Below, one piece after another: positions 1 to 22,864 of a stretch of 64,000 nt of DNA (position 1 is the first letter of the stretch; the number at the start of each line of letters is the position of its first letter). The DNA lies in the NCBI GenBank assembly GCA_001244265.2, contig CDLV01000011.1:1178001-1242000 (forward strand). The letters run 5' to 3'. The notes beneath the pieces are model-generated. The model made no database searches and was not told where the DNA came from. It saw nothing but the letters and a program-made list of their open reading frames with translations. Both the position numbers and the translations under genes were made by a program. This DNA comes from Microbotryum violaceum. Its lineage: Eukaryota.

Positions 1-61
1 AAAGACTATTCGCTCCGACAATGGTGGCGAGTTCACTCTTCGGAACTTTGTCGATTTCTGT

Positions 62-703
62 GTGGCCAAGGGTATACGTCGCGAGCTCACTATTCCGTAC
101 ACCCCTCAACAAAACGGACGTGTTGAACGCACCAACCGCACCATCAAAGAGGGTATCCTTGCTTTACTCTACTCGGCAGGTGCTGACACGCACCTCTGGG
201 CTGAGGCCGCCACGTACTTCGTACACTGCAAGAACTTGATGCCGCACGCAGGCATTCGCGGTGATATCCCTGACACTCGTTGGTATGGCATTGCACCGGA
301 TGTATCCTCATTACGTGCCTTCGGTTGTCGTGCGTGGCACTACCTTCCCTCGGTTAAGCGCACCGCCCTCGATCCCAAGGCTGTGCCGCTCATGTTCGTA
401 GGGCTCGACGACCACGCGAAGGCGTATCGCCTATTCGACCCGGCTACACGCAAAATCCTCCTCAGTCGCAACGTCGTCTTTCGTGAATCCGAGTTCCCTG
501 CCTTGCAGAGCGTGGTCGACACCCACACTGGCACCACTCCACTTCCTGTGGCCGCCGACATTCACCCCGACCAGGTAGACCACTCTGAGCCGTCGCTCGT
601 TGCTTCCCCTCACTCTCTTGCGCCTCGTGCCGAGCCCCCAGGACCCGTGCCCGCTGCCTTTGACCAAGGCCCGCGCCGTCCACTCCCCCCGCGTCCTCCC
701 TGA
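62..703 (+). pseudogene. Copia A1 integrase core and SH3-like region (frame continues from before base 1)
   Basis: ORF with TPQQNGRVER and FGCRAW...LDPKA...AYRLFDP motifs. The frame breaks near 685-700 in a C-rich linker. Confidence 0.9.
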
Positions 704-2684
704 CCAGGACTCACGCGCGCGCCCTGCCTCTGACCAAGGCTCTCCTGCCTCCAACCAAGGCTCTCTTCCTGCCTCTGACCAAGGCTCCCTCATCAACCGT
801 ACGGGTGGCCTCCCTGACCAGGAGTCCCCCGACACCCACGCCTCTGACCAGGGCAGCTCCGACTCGGCAATCTCCACACCTTGTCCATCCCCTCGACCGG
901 TGGTGCCACGTCCGTTGCCCGCGCCGTCCTCGCCCGCTCGATCCGAGTCCCCCGACCCTATCGACCTCTTGCCTCGCTCGGGCAATATCGCTTCCGTCTG
1001 TCTCGCACCTGAATTCCCCGACGACCTGGACGACGCCCTCCACTCGCCTCCACCTGTCGCCCACCTTGCCTCCGGTGTCGTCGCCTTGCTCAACACCGCG
1101 CCTACGGACTCGACGGAACTGATCGCGCCCGCCCGGGATCCCCCTCACTGGCGTGCTGCCATGGCAACCCCTCAAGCTGACGAGTGGCGTCTAGCTGCCC
1201 AGGCCGAATTCGACTCACTTTCTCGCGATTTCTCCGCTTTCACACCAATTGATGAGTCCCTCGTGCCTGCAGATGCTAGGATCCTCGGCTCTCGATTCGT
1301 CTTCCGTACGAAACGCGACCAGCACGGTCAGGTCAAGTCTTACAAAGGCCGACTTGTTGCCCGTGGCGACTCTCAGCGCTCGGGCATCGATTTTGACGAG
1401 ACCTTTGCACCCGTCGCTAAGTTCACATCCATTCGCGCACTCCTCGCCCTCGCAGCCGTCCATGGTTACCACATTCATCAGGCCGACATTGACAAGGCCT
1501 ACCTCCACGGTACATTGGACAAGCCACTCTACATTCGCGTACCCGATGGAGTCTACATGCCGGGCAAGGTTCTCCAGCTGCACCGCTCTCTCTACGGCTT
1601 GCGCCAGGCTGGACGTATTTGGAACGACGAGATCGACTCTGCCTTGTCGGCTCTCGGCTACACCGCCACGGAGTCGGACCACTGCGTTTACGTTCGGGCG
1701 GCCGGTGATGAGCGTCACTATATTGCGCTCTACGTTGACGACTTGCTCATGATCAGCCCTTCTCTCCCAGAGATCGAGCGTACCCTCCATGGTCTCGAGC
1801 AGCGTTACGGCGTCAAACGACTTGGTCAGGCAGAATACATCCTCGGCATCCAAATTCGGCGCTCCAACGACGGCTCCATCACTCTCAGTCAGGAGCAGTA
1901 CCTCAAGGACGTTCTTGCTCGCTTCGGTATGTCCGATGCTCACTCTGTCGCCACACCCATGCAGCCCGATCTCCGCCTCGAAGTCGAACTCCAACCCACC
2001 CCATTCCCGGATCGAACTCGGTACCTGCAAGCGATCGGCTCTCTTATGTATGCTTCTACCGGTACACGTCCCGACCTCGCCTACACCGTCGGATATCTGG
2101 CTCGCTTCTCTCGTTCACCGTCTGCTGCTGCCTGGGGTGCGATCAAGCACGCCTTCCGCTACGTTGCCGGCACCCTATCTCACGGCTTACGCTACACCCG
2201 TGGTGATCCGGCTCCCTTGGTCGGCTACTCGGACTGCAATTGGGGTGCATGCCTCTTATCCTCCAGATCGACTATGGGCTACAACTTTACCTACGCAGGT
2301 GCCGCCGTCTCCTGGTCCTCCCGTCTACAGTCACGCGTCGCCGACTCCACTTGCGACGCCGAGTACCTCGCTCTGTCCCACGCCGGCAAGGAGGCCATTT
2401 TCCTACGTCAACTCTTTGGTGAGCTTGGTCTCCCTTCTTCACAGCCCGTCCTCATCTACGGCGACAATCAGGGTGCCAATGCTCTCACCAAAAACCCGGT
2501 CTTCCATGCTCGCACTCGACACATTCGGCTTCGCGAACACTTTGTCCGGGATATGGTCTCCATGGGCGACGTCGTCGTCCAATACATTGCCACCAGCGAG
2601 ATGACGGCGGATATCTTCACCAAGGCCTTGTCTCGTGACCTCTTTGCTCGGCACCGCGGCCGACTTGGTGTCTGTGCTCCCTGA
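600..2684 (+). CDS. Copia A1 reverse transcriptase-RNase H
   Basis: KGRLVARGD, ETFAPVAK, SLYGLRQAGRIW, YVDDLL, GTRPDL, YSDCNW and IYGDNQGA motifs. Confidence 0.93.
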   Translation: MLPLTLLRLVPSPQDPCPLPLTKARAVHSPRVLPDQDSRARPASDQGSPASNQGSLPASDQGSLINRTGGLPDQESPDTHASDQGSSDSAISTPCPSPRPVVPRPLPAPSSPARSESPDPIDLLPRSGNIASVCLAPEFPDDLDDALHSPPPVAHLASGVVALLNTAPTDSTELIAPARDPPHWRAAMATPQADEWRLAAQAEFDSLSRDFSAFTPIDESLVPADARILGSRFVFRTKRDQHGQVKSYKGRLVARGDSQRSGIDFDETFAPVAKFTSIRALLALAAVHGYHIHQADIDKAYLHGTLDKPLYIRVPDGVYMPGKVLQLHRSLYGLRQAGRIWNDEIDSALSALGYTATESDHCVYVRAAGDERHYIALYVDDLLMISPSLPEIERTLHGLEQRYGVKRLGQAEYILGIQIRRSNDGSITLSQEQYLKDVLARFGMSDAHSVATPMQPDLRLEVELQPTPFPDRTRYLQAIGSLMYASTGTRPDLAYTVGYLARFSRSPSAAAWGAIKHAFRYVAGTLSHGLRYTRGDPAPLVGYSDCNWGACLLSSRSTMGYNFTYAGAAVSWSSRLQSRVADSTCDAEYLALSHAGKEAIFLRQLFGELGLPSSQPVLIYGDNQGANALTKNPVFHARTRHIRLREHFVRDMVSMGDVVVQYIATSEMTADIFTKALSRDLFARHRGRLGVCAP

Positions 2685-2701
2685 TGTTCGAAGTAGGGGG
2701 G

Positions 2702-3263
2702 TGTGAGAGTTACAACTCTCTGTACTTCCTTCTCACATCATCTCCCTCTTTCTGTCTTGTCCTCTCTGTGATTTTTGGCCTGTCCTTCACCCTGCTCTAT
2801 CATCACTGGGCTTGGTCTGTGCACTTGCATCAAGTGCACGGACCTAGTCACTCTCTGCCTGGCTCCCCTTGCCTCTTGGCTGGGTCCGTGCGCTTGGCAC
2901 TGGGGCACGGACCTGGTTGCGCACTTACCCCAGCCAACTGGTTCCGCGCTTCTCACTCTCCTGCTCAAGCAACTTCATTGGTCTGGTCTCCCTGGTCCGT
3001 CGATCAGAGACTCACCACCGCTTGAGCAGGTGAGCACTACACTTTCTAGTTCCTCTCTCCCTTCCATAGCCATGGTAACTTACTGTAGCACTTGAGCAGG
3101 TGTGTAATCCCAAGCAACTTCATTGGTCTGGTCTCCCTGGTCCGTCGATCAGAGACTCACCACCGCTTGAGCAGGTGTGTAATCCCAAGCAACTTCATTG
3201 GTCTGGTCTCCCTGGTCCGTCGATCAGAGACTCACCACCGCTTGAGCAGTTGTGTGGTTCATA
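2702..3263 (+). repeat. 3' LTR of A1 (TGTGA...TCATA) with three internal GT-AG units
   Basis: Starts directly after the PPT and aligns with 6746-7303 (reverse). Units at 3030-3099, 3100-3174 and 3175-3249. Confidence 0.9.
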
Positions 3264-3870
3264 AGTGCGATGTAGTGGCGCTCATCACCGGCCGTCCGAA
3301 CGTAAACGCAGTGGTCAGATTCGGTGGCAGCATAGCCGAGAGCCGACAGGGCCGAGTCGATCTCGTCGTTCCAAATGCGTCCAGCTTGGCGCAAGCCGTA
3401 GAGCGAGCGGTGCAGCTGGAGAACCTTGCCTGGCATATAGATACCATCGGGCACCCGAATGTAGAGTGGTTTGTCCAATTTGCCATGGAGGTAGGCTTTG
3501 TCAATGTCTGCCTGATGGACATGGTACCCGTGCGCGGCTGCGAGGGCCAGGAGTGCGCGAATAGACGTGAACTTGGCGACGGGTGCAAAGGTCTCGTCGA
3601 AATCGATGCCCGAGCGCTGGGAGTCACCACGAGCAACCAGTTGGCCTTTGTAAGACTTGACCTGGCCGTGCTGGTCGCGTTTCGTGCGGAAGACAAATCG
3701 CGAGCCGAGGATCTTGGCATCTGCAGGCACGAGGGACTCAACAATTGGTGTGAAGGCAGAGAAATCGCGGGAGAGTGAGTCGAATTCGGCCTGGGCGGCG
3801 AGACGCCACTCGTCAGCTTGCGGGGTTGCCATCGCAGCACGCCAGTGAGGGGGATCGCGGGCGGGTGCGA

Positions 3871-6636
3871 TCAGCTCTGTCGAGTCCGGAGGCGCGTTGT
3901 TGAGCAGAGCGGCAGCGCCGGAGGCGAGGTAGGCGACGGGTGGAGGGGAGTGGAGAGCGTCATCCAGATCGTCAGGGAATTCGGGTGCGAGACAGAAGGA
4001 AGCGAGGTCACTCGAGCGCGGCAAGAGGTCGATAGGGTCCGGGGACTCGGATCGAGCGGGCGAGGGTGGCGCTGGCAACGGACGTGGCACCACTGGTCGA
4101 GGGGATGGACAAGGCGTGGAGATGGCCGAGTCGGAGCCGCCTTGGTCAGAGGCGGTGGGAGAGCCTTGGTCAGAGGCAGGGGAAGGGCCTTGGTCAGAGG
4201 CAGGGGGCGCGTGCGAGTCCTGGTCAGGGACGGCACGGCCTGGGGAGGGGCGGCGCAGGCCTTGGTCAGAGGCAACGGGCGCGGGTCCAGGGGGCGCGGC
4301 GCGAGGCGCGGGGAGCGAGGGGAAGCAACGAGCAATGGCTCAGAGTGGTCTACCTGGTCAGGGTAAACCTCGGCGGCCACGGGCAGGGGAGTCGCGCCAG
4401 TGGTGGTGTTGGCCGCAGGTTGCAATGCAGGGAACTCGGATTCACGAAAGACAACGTTCCGGCTGAGGAGGATTTTGCGCGTGGCCGGGTCAAAGAGGCG
4501 ATACGCCTTTGCGTGGTCATCGAGCCCGACAAAGATGAGTGGCACGGCTTTTGGATCGAGATCGGTGCGCTTGACCGAGGGGAGGCAGTGCCAAGCACGG
4601 CAACCGAAGGTACGTAACGAGGAGACGTCCGGTGCCATGCCATACCAACGAGTGTCAGGTACTTCGCCGTGGATGCCCGCATGCGGCAACAAGTTCTTGC
4701 AGTGCACGAAGTACTTGGCGGCCTCGGCCCAGAGGCGCGTGTCAGCACCGGCCGAATAGAGTAACGCAAGTATACCCTCTTTGATGGTGCGGTTGGTGCG
4801 TTCAACACGTCCGTTTTGTTGAGGGGTGTACGGGATCGTGAGCTCGCGACGTATACCCTTAGCCACACAGAAATCGACAAAGGTCCGCAGAGTGAACTCG
4901 CCGCCATTGTCAGATCGGATGGTCTTTACCCGGTCACCTGTGGCATTCTCTACCTCGAGGATCCAGTCGCGTAGCCGGTGGAAGACATCACTTTTGTAAG
5001 TGAGGAGGAGGCACCACTGTTTACGGCTGTAGTCATCAACGATCACCAGCATGTAGCGATGGCCGCCGAAGCTGGCCCGGGGCATTTGGGCAACATCCAC
5101 ATGAATGAGGGCAAGCCGGCCAGGGGCAATGGACTTGGAACGTGCGAAAGGAAGGGCATGCGCTTTAGAAGCGAGACAAGCATTGCAATGAAAACTCCTG
5201 AACTCCTCCTCTGAATATACCCAATCCACCCCAGTAACCAAGCCCTTCTGCACGACGTTCTTGAGTTGCGCGACGGGTAGATGCGCGAGACGACGGTGCA
5301 GAGTTAGCAAGGAAACTCTGTGAGGGGTGGCAAGCAGAGCATTGGGCATACAGGTTGAGGGTGCGACGTTTAACGCGTACAGATCATTTGCAATGGCTCG
5401 TGCCGTGGCAACAACTGTGCCGGAAGAGTTGCGGATCGTGGCGTGACCTGAGCCAAAGGAGACGGTGAAGCCGAGGCGATCCAAGCGACGGACGGACAGG
5501 AGGTTGCACGGCAGCGAAGGCACCAAGAGGACGTCGGTCGCGACAACTGGGCCGGCTGAAGTCGAGAGGCGGACGGAGCCGCAACCGGTAGACGGGAGGG
5601 AACCGGCGACTCCAGCGACGTGTGGGCCGGTGAACGGCCGGAGGCTGGAGAACAACGTGCTGTCATTTGCCATGTGACGATTGGCGCCAGAGTCGAGTAG
5701 CCAAGCCGACTTGGGAAAGGCAGACGGAGTGGCGAGAAGACAAGCAGTGAAAGTAGTGGGCTCTGGCCTCTCGGTGTCGGTAGGGGAGGCGATGGTGCGG
5801 GAACCCTTTTTGTGAGCACGCGATGTCGTGCCAGAGGCAGCCTTGCGGGCGCGAAAGGCGGCAGCCCAGGTGGTGTCGGGACAGTCCCGGAGCCAGTGCA
5901 TCTTGCGGCAAGTCGGGTTGGGACAGGGGCTGGGAGGGGTGCGTTGCGGCGAGGTGGCGGTGACGGTGGCGGCAGCGAGCGGGTCAATGGGGCAAGCTTT
6001 GATCTCGCGGTAGATGCGGTCGAGAATCTCGGCTGCGTTGGGCAGTGTGCGGGATGTACCCTGAGAATTGACAAAAGTCGTTCGCCAGGCAGACAGGGAG
6101 GGAGGCATCCGTGCAAGTAAGTGCGACGCTAGGAGGGAGTCGGTTGTCACGTCGGAGTCGTTGAGAAGTCGGGAGTCGTTCTCGAAACGGTCGCGGAACT
6201 GAAGGAATGCGTCGGCGGTATCGGGCATAAGGTCGGGACTGAAGAGTCGAGAGATGACGGGAAGAAGGTCGACAGCCGAGACAGCGCCATATCGCGTGCG
6301 CAGAGCTGCCCAAATCTTGTGACCGCTGTGAGGGTCGCCAAAGTACTGGGAGAGACCGGGGAGGACCAACCGGGGGTCGACGGCAGCGCAGATTGAGGCT
6401 CGAGCGTAATGGTCCCACAAAGGTACATAAGCGGGTGGCCAGGACGTAGGAGGGACGCCGGACTTTAGATAATCGATTACGTCGGATGGCATGCGGGAGC
6501 ATAGGGTAAGAACCCAGTCCTGATAGCCATCTGCGTCGCGCAGAAGGTCCGAAGCAGCAAAGGCTGTAATTTGTATAGGCGGGCGCGGTGGGGGAACTGT
6601 GAGCGTTGTGGGCTTGGGGACGTCGGAGTCAGACAT
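3871..6636 (-). CDS. Copia A2 Gag-protease-integrase polyprotein (frame lost in the IN-RT linker)
   Basis: Zn knuckle CPNPTCRKMHWLRDC, protease WLLDSGANRHM, LHRRLAHL...CNAC (HHCC), IRSDNGGEF. Confidence 0.92.
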   Translation of the reverse strand: MSDSDVPKPTTLTVPPPRPPIQITAFAASDLLRDADGYQDWVLTLCSRMPSDVIDYLKSGVPPTSWPPAYVPLWDHYARASICAAVDPRLVLPGLSQYFGDPHSGHKIWAALRTRYGAVSAVDLLPVISRLFSPDLMPDTADAFLQFRDRFENDSRLLNDSDVTTDSLLASHLLARMPPSLSAWRTTFVNSQGTSRTLPNAAEILDRIYREIKACPIDPLAAATVTATSPQRTPPSPCPNPTCRKMHWLRDCPDTTWAAAFRARKAASGTTSRAHKKGSRTIASPTDTERPEPTTFTACLLATPSAFPKSAWLLDSGANRHMANDSTLFSSLRPFTGPHVAGVAGSLPSTGCGSVRLSTSAGPVVATDVLLVPSLPCNLLSVRRLDRLGFTVSFGSGHATIRNSSGTVVATARAIANDLYALNVAPSTCMPNALLATPHRVSLLTLHRRLAHLPVAQLKNVVQKGLVTGVDWVYSEEEFRSFHCNACLASKAHALPFARSKSIAPGRLALIHVDVAQMPRASFGGHRYMLVIVDDYSRKQWCLLLTYKSDVFHRLRDWILEVENATGDRVKTIRSDNGGEFTLRTFVDFCVAKGIRRELTIPYTPQQNGRVERTNRTIKEGILALLYSAGADTRLWAEAAKYFVHCKNLLPHAGIHGEVPDTRWYGMAPDVSSLRTFGCRAWHCLPSVKRTDLDPKAVPLIFVGLDDHAKAYRLFDPATRKILLSRNVVFRESEFPALQPAANTTTGATPLPVAAEVYPDQVDHSEPLLVASPRSPRLAPRPLDPRPLPLTKACAAPPQAVPSLTRTRTRPLPLTKALPLPLTKALPPPLTKAAPTRPSPRLVHPLDQWCHVRCQRHPRPLDPSPRTLSTSCRARVTSLPSVSHPNSLTIWMTLSTPLHPSPTSPPALPLCSTTRLRTRQS

Positions 6637-6733
6637 GCCGGGCGTGCGAAGTGTGGGAGGGGCTGAGCCGTGCGAAGCGCGAAAAAAAAATGACGAGGGC
6701 GGGCACGGAGGTGACCGCGCTGGTAGCTTGTTG

Positions 6734-6745
6734 GGGCTTATAACC
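6734..6745 (-). promoter_or_regulatory. Primer-binding site GGTTATAAGCCC (internal tRNA-iMet type)
   Basis: Abuts the 5' LTR end; 11/12 match to the complement of the iMet anticodon arm GGGCTCATAACC. Confidence 0.85.
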
Positions 6746-7301
6746 TATGAAGCGCACAACTGCTCAAGCGGTGGTGAGTCTCTGATCAACGGACCAAGGA
6801 GACCAGACCAATGAAGTTGCTTTGCACACACCTGCTCAAGCGGTGGTGAGTCTCTGATCAACGGACCAAGGAGACCAGACCAATGAAGTTGCTTTGCACA
6901 CACCTGCTCAGATGCTACAGTAAGTTACCCTGGCTATCAAAGTGAGAGAGGTACTAGGAAGTGTAGTGCTCACCTGCTCAAGCGGTGGTGAGTCTCTGAT
7001 CAACGGACCAAGGAGACCAGACCAATGAAGTTGCTTGAGCAGGAGAGAGAGAAGCGCGGAGCCAGTTGGCTGGGGTAGTGCGCAACCAGGTCCGTGCCCC
7101 AGTGTTAAGCGCACGGACCCAGCCTGAAGATAGAGGGAGCCAGGCAGAGCATGGCTTGGTCCGTGCGCTTGATGCAGGTGCACAGACCCAGCCCAGAGAT
7201 GGGAGAGCAGGGTGAAGGGAAAGGCCAAAAATCACAGAAAGAATAAGGCAGAGAAAGGGTGAGACGGTGTGAGAAGGAAATACAAAGAGTTGTAACTCTT
7301 A

Positions 7302-9701
<2,400 letters not shown>

Positions 9702-10210
9702 GTGTTCACCATCGAGCCTCGTTCCTCGGTACCACCGGGCGCCACCATCGTCACCTCCAAATTCGTCTGGAAGACCAAGCGCAATGCACAGGGTGATATC
9801 ACAGGGCGGAAGGCACGCCTTGTCGCGCAGGGTAACCGCCAGCGCGACGGCATTGACTTCTCGAAGACGTTCACACCCGTCGCCCGTTTCTCCTATGAGA
9901 CGATCACCACTACTGTCAGGAGAGGTTGAATGTTGAACAGAAGTGGTCTATTTCAGCATACCTATGAGACGATCACCACTACTGTCAGGAGAGGTTGAAT
10001 GTTGAACAGAAGTGGTGAGAGGGAAGCTAAGAAACAGAAAGGGGACCCGCGCTGAGATAGGCCCAGTCGCGGGTGAAGTTGCTAGCGCGCTAAGGCAGGC
10101 GCGAGGCGCTAAGGCAGTCGCGCGCGCCTAAGTCCCCACCGCAAGGGGCGGCCTAGTGTGCACGCGCACGGATCCACCCGGCGCTGGCGCGCCGAGTCAG
10201 TCGCGCGCGT

Positions 10211-12142
<1,932 letters not shown>

Positions 12143-12372
12143 TCAAGAGGATCGGCGGAGTACTCAGATTCAGTGGGTAAGACCAAAGGTGACGACGATG
12201 CAGCCAACGACGGTGAGGGCGCGGACGATGGTGCAGCCGACGGGGACGAGGCCGGTTCAGGAGACAGTGACGAGGACGGCGCAGGCGACGGTGACGCGGG
12301 CGATTCGGCATCTGTGGAATTAAGTAAGGATCCGCCAGTGTACCCTGGGGCCACGTCAACGGCGCTCATGGA

Positions 12373-14304
<1,932 letters not shown>

Positions 14305-14307
14305 TCA

Positions 14308-15213
<906 letters not shown>

Positions 15214-17542
15214 TCACCACTACTGTCAGGAGAGGTTGAATGTTGAACAGAAGTGGTCTATTTCAGCATACCTATGAGACGATCACCACTACTGTCAGGA
15301 GAGGTTGAATGTTGAACAGAAGTGGTCTATTTCAGCATACCTATGAGACAATCACCACTACTGTCAGGAGAGGTTGATTGTTGAACAGAAGTGGTGAGAG
15401 GGAAGCTAAGAAACAGAAAGGGGACCCGCGCTGAGATAGGCCCAGTCGCGGTGAAGTTGCTAGCGCGCTAAGGCAGGCGTGCGGCGCTAAGGCAGTCGCG
15501 CGCGCCTAAGTCCCACCGCAAGGGGCGGCCTAGTGGGCACGCGCACGGATCCACCCGGCGCTGGCGCGCTGAGTCAGTCGCGCGCGTCGAAGTCCCAGCG
15601 CAGGGGGGCGGGCTAGCGGGTGCGCGCAACGACCGAGGCGCCTCTGCCGAGCTGAGAGTGTACTTGTCACATCTCCTCCATTCGCTGCCTCCTCGCCCTT
15701 GCTGCTGCCAACGGCTATCACGTTCATCAGGCTGACATCGACAAGGCTTACCTTCACGGCGAGCTCGATCACGACATCTGGATGACGACGCCACGAGGTT
15801 TTGACTTCCCGAGCAACCAGGTTCTCTGGCTGCGGCGCTCAATCTACGGTCTTAAGCAGGCCGGTCGCATCTGGAATTGCCACATTGACACATCGCTCAG
15901 GAGTCTTGGGTACACGGCAACGGGCACTGATCACTGCATTTACTCTCACATTGATGATCAGAAGCAGCCCCATTATATCGCATTATATGTCGACGATCTC
16001 CTCATTGTCAGCCCCGCCCTCGACGAGGTTGAGCGTGTCATCTCCGGCCTCGAACAGCGATACGGCGTCAAACGACTTGGCCCTGCAGAATACATCCTCG
16101 GCATCCAGATTCGTCGCCTGGAAGATGGCTCCATTGCTTTATCTCAGGAGCGCTACATCATGGACGTGCTCGCCCGCTTTCACTTCGACACCACAACGCG
16201 CGGCGCTACGGTGCTAATGACGCCCGGCCTCTTGCTCATGGCAGTACCGGGTCAGGGAACGGAGCACATTCGGTCGTGGTACCTGCAAGCCATCGGCTCC
16301 CTCCTATACATTTCACTCGGCACTCGCCTCGACATTGCCTTCGCCGTCTCGTACCTGTCCCGGTTCGCCAACAACCCCGGCCGCCGCCATTGGGTCGCCG
16401 TCAAACACGTCCTTCGCTACCTTCGTGCTACGTACCGTGATGAGCTACTCTACGCCTGCGGTCCAGCCAAGATTACAGGGGTGGTTGGCTATTCCGATGC
16501 AAACTGGGGTGCCTGCGTTGACATGTCAATCTCCACAATGGGCTTTGTCTTTTACTTGGCCGGCTCCGCCGTCTCTTGGTCATCGAAGCGTCAGACTCGG
16601 GTAGCAGATTCCACCACTGATGCTGAATACCTCGCCTTGTCGCATGCTGGTAAGGAAGCGATTTACCTTACACAACTCCTCTCCGAGCTCCACGTTCGCC
16701 CGGTCAATGCGGCTCACATTTTCACGGACAACAAGGCCGCGGCCGCCGTCGCTCACAACCCCGTTCACACCTCTGGCACCCGACACATACGCCTCCGCAA
16801 GCACTTTGTTCGCGACATGGTCCACCAAGGTGATATCTCCCTCTCACACGTCGGCACAGCGAACATGGTTGCGGACATATTCACCAAGGCGCTAGGTCCC
16901 AAGATTTTTGGTGTACATTGCTATGCTCTGGGCCTCCGGACGCGACACCCACGGCTCAAGTCTACCTCGCGTTCGCGTGGGTGGGGGGGGGGTGTGAGGA
17001 ATCCACTCCGCTCGGCTCAGGACTTAGGTGCGCGGATCGAGTCAGGTGCACCGGCCCAGGGCTTAGGCGCGCGGAGCGAGCTGGGCGCATCGGCCCAGGG
17101 CTAGGCGCGCGGAGCGAGCCTGGGAAACTTGGGTGCGTGGCTCTCACACTGTTAGCTTCCTATTCATCACTCTTGGCTAGAACTACATCGCTGACGTAGT
17201 AGAGTTGATCGAATAGAACCGAGCGTGCACGTCCATGATGTACCGTTCCTGGGACAGGGCGATAGAACCGTCTGCAAGCCGCCTGATCTGAATGCCGAGG
17301 ATGTATTCTGCCGGGCCAAGGCGCTTGACTCCGTAACGTCGTTCGATGCCCAAGATGACACGTTCGAATTCGGCCAGGGCCGGGCTGATCATGAGGAGGT
17401 CGTCGACGTACAGCGCGATGTAGTGTGAGCGTTGACAATCATTGAGCCGAGAGTATATGCAGTGATCGGTGCCTGTCGCCGTGTAACCGAGGTCGCAAAG
17501 CGAAGCGTCATGTGTCGATTCCAGATTTGGCCGGCCTGTTTG

Positions 17543-22864
<5,322 letters not shown>

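Larger units (their letters stand above)
1..3263 (+). mobile_element. Ty1/copia LTR retrotransposon, family A copy A1 (5' part outside window)
   Basis: Integrase core (IRSDNGGEF, PQQNGRVER) then RT (YVDDLL) and RNase H ([14 protein letters not shown]), the copia domain order. PPT GAAGTAGGGGGG at 2690-2701, 3' LTR 2702-3263. The right flank resumes in the RT of copy A2. Confidence 0.95.

Noticed and set aside
600-720. Programmed frameshift between integrase and RT in family A (all three copies break frame in this linker)
   Set aside because: The breaks are at different positions and offsets in A1, A2 and A3, in GC-rich or homopolymer sequence, and A3 reads through the A1 break site. Decay or sequencing indels are more likely.
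6721-6727. TGGTAGC matching a conventional tRNA-iMet 3'-end PBS
   Set aside because: It is on the wrong strand for A2 and A3, only 7 nt long, and not adjacent to an LTR end in that orientation.
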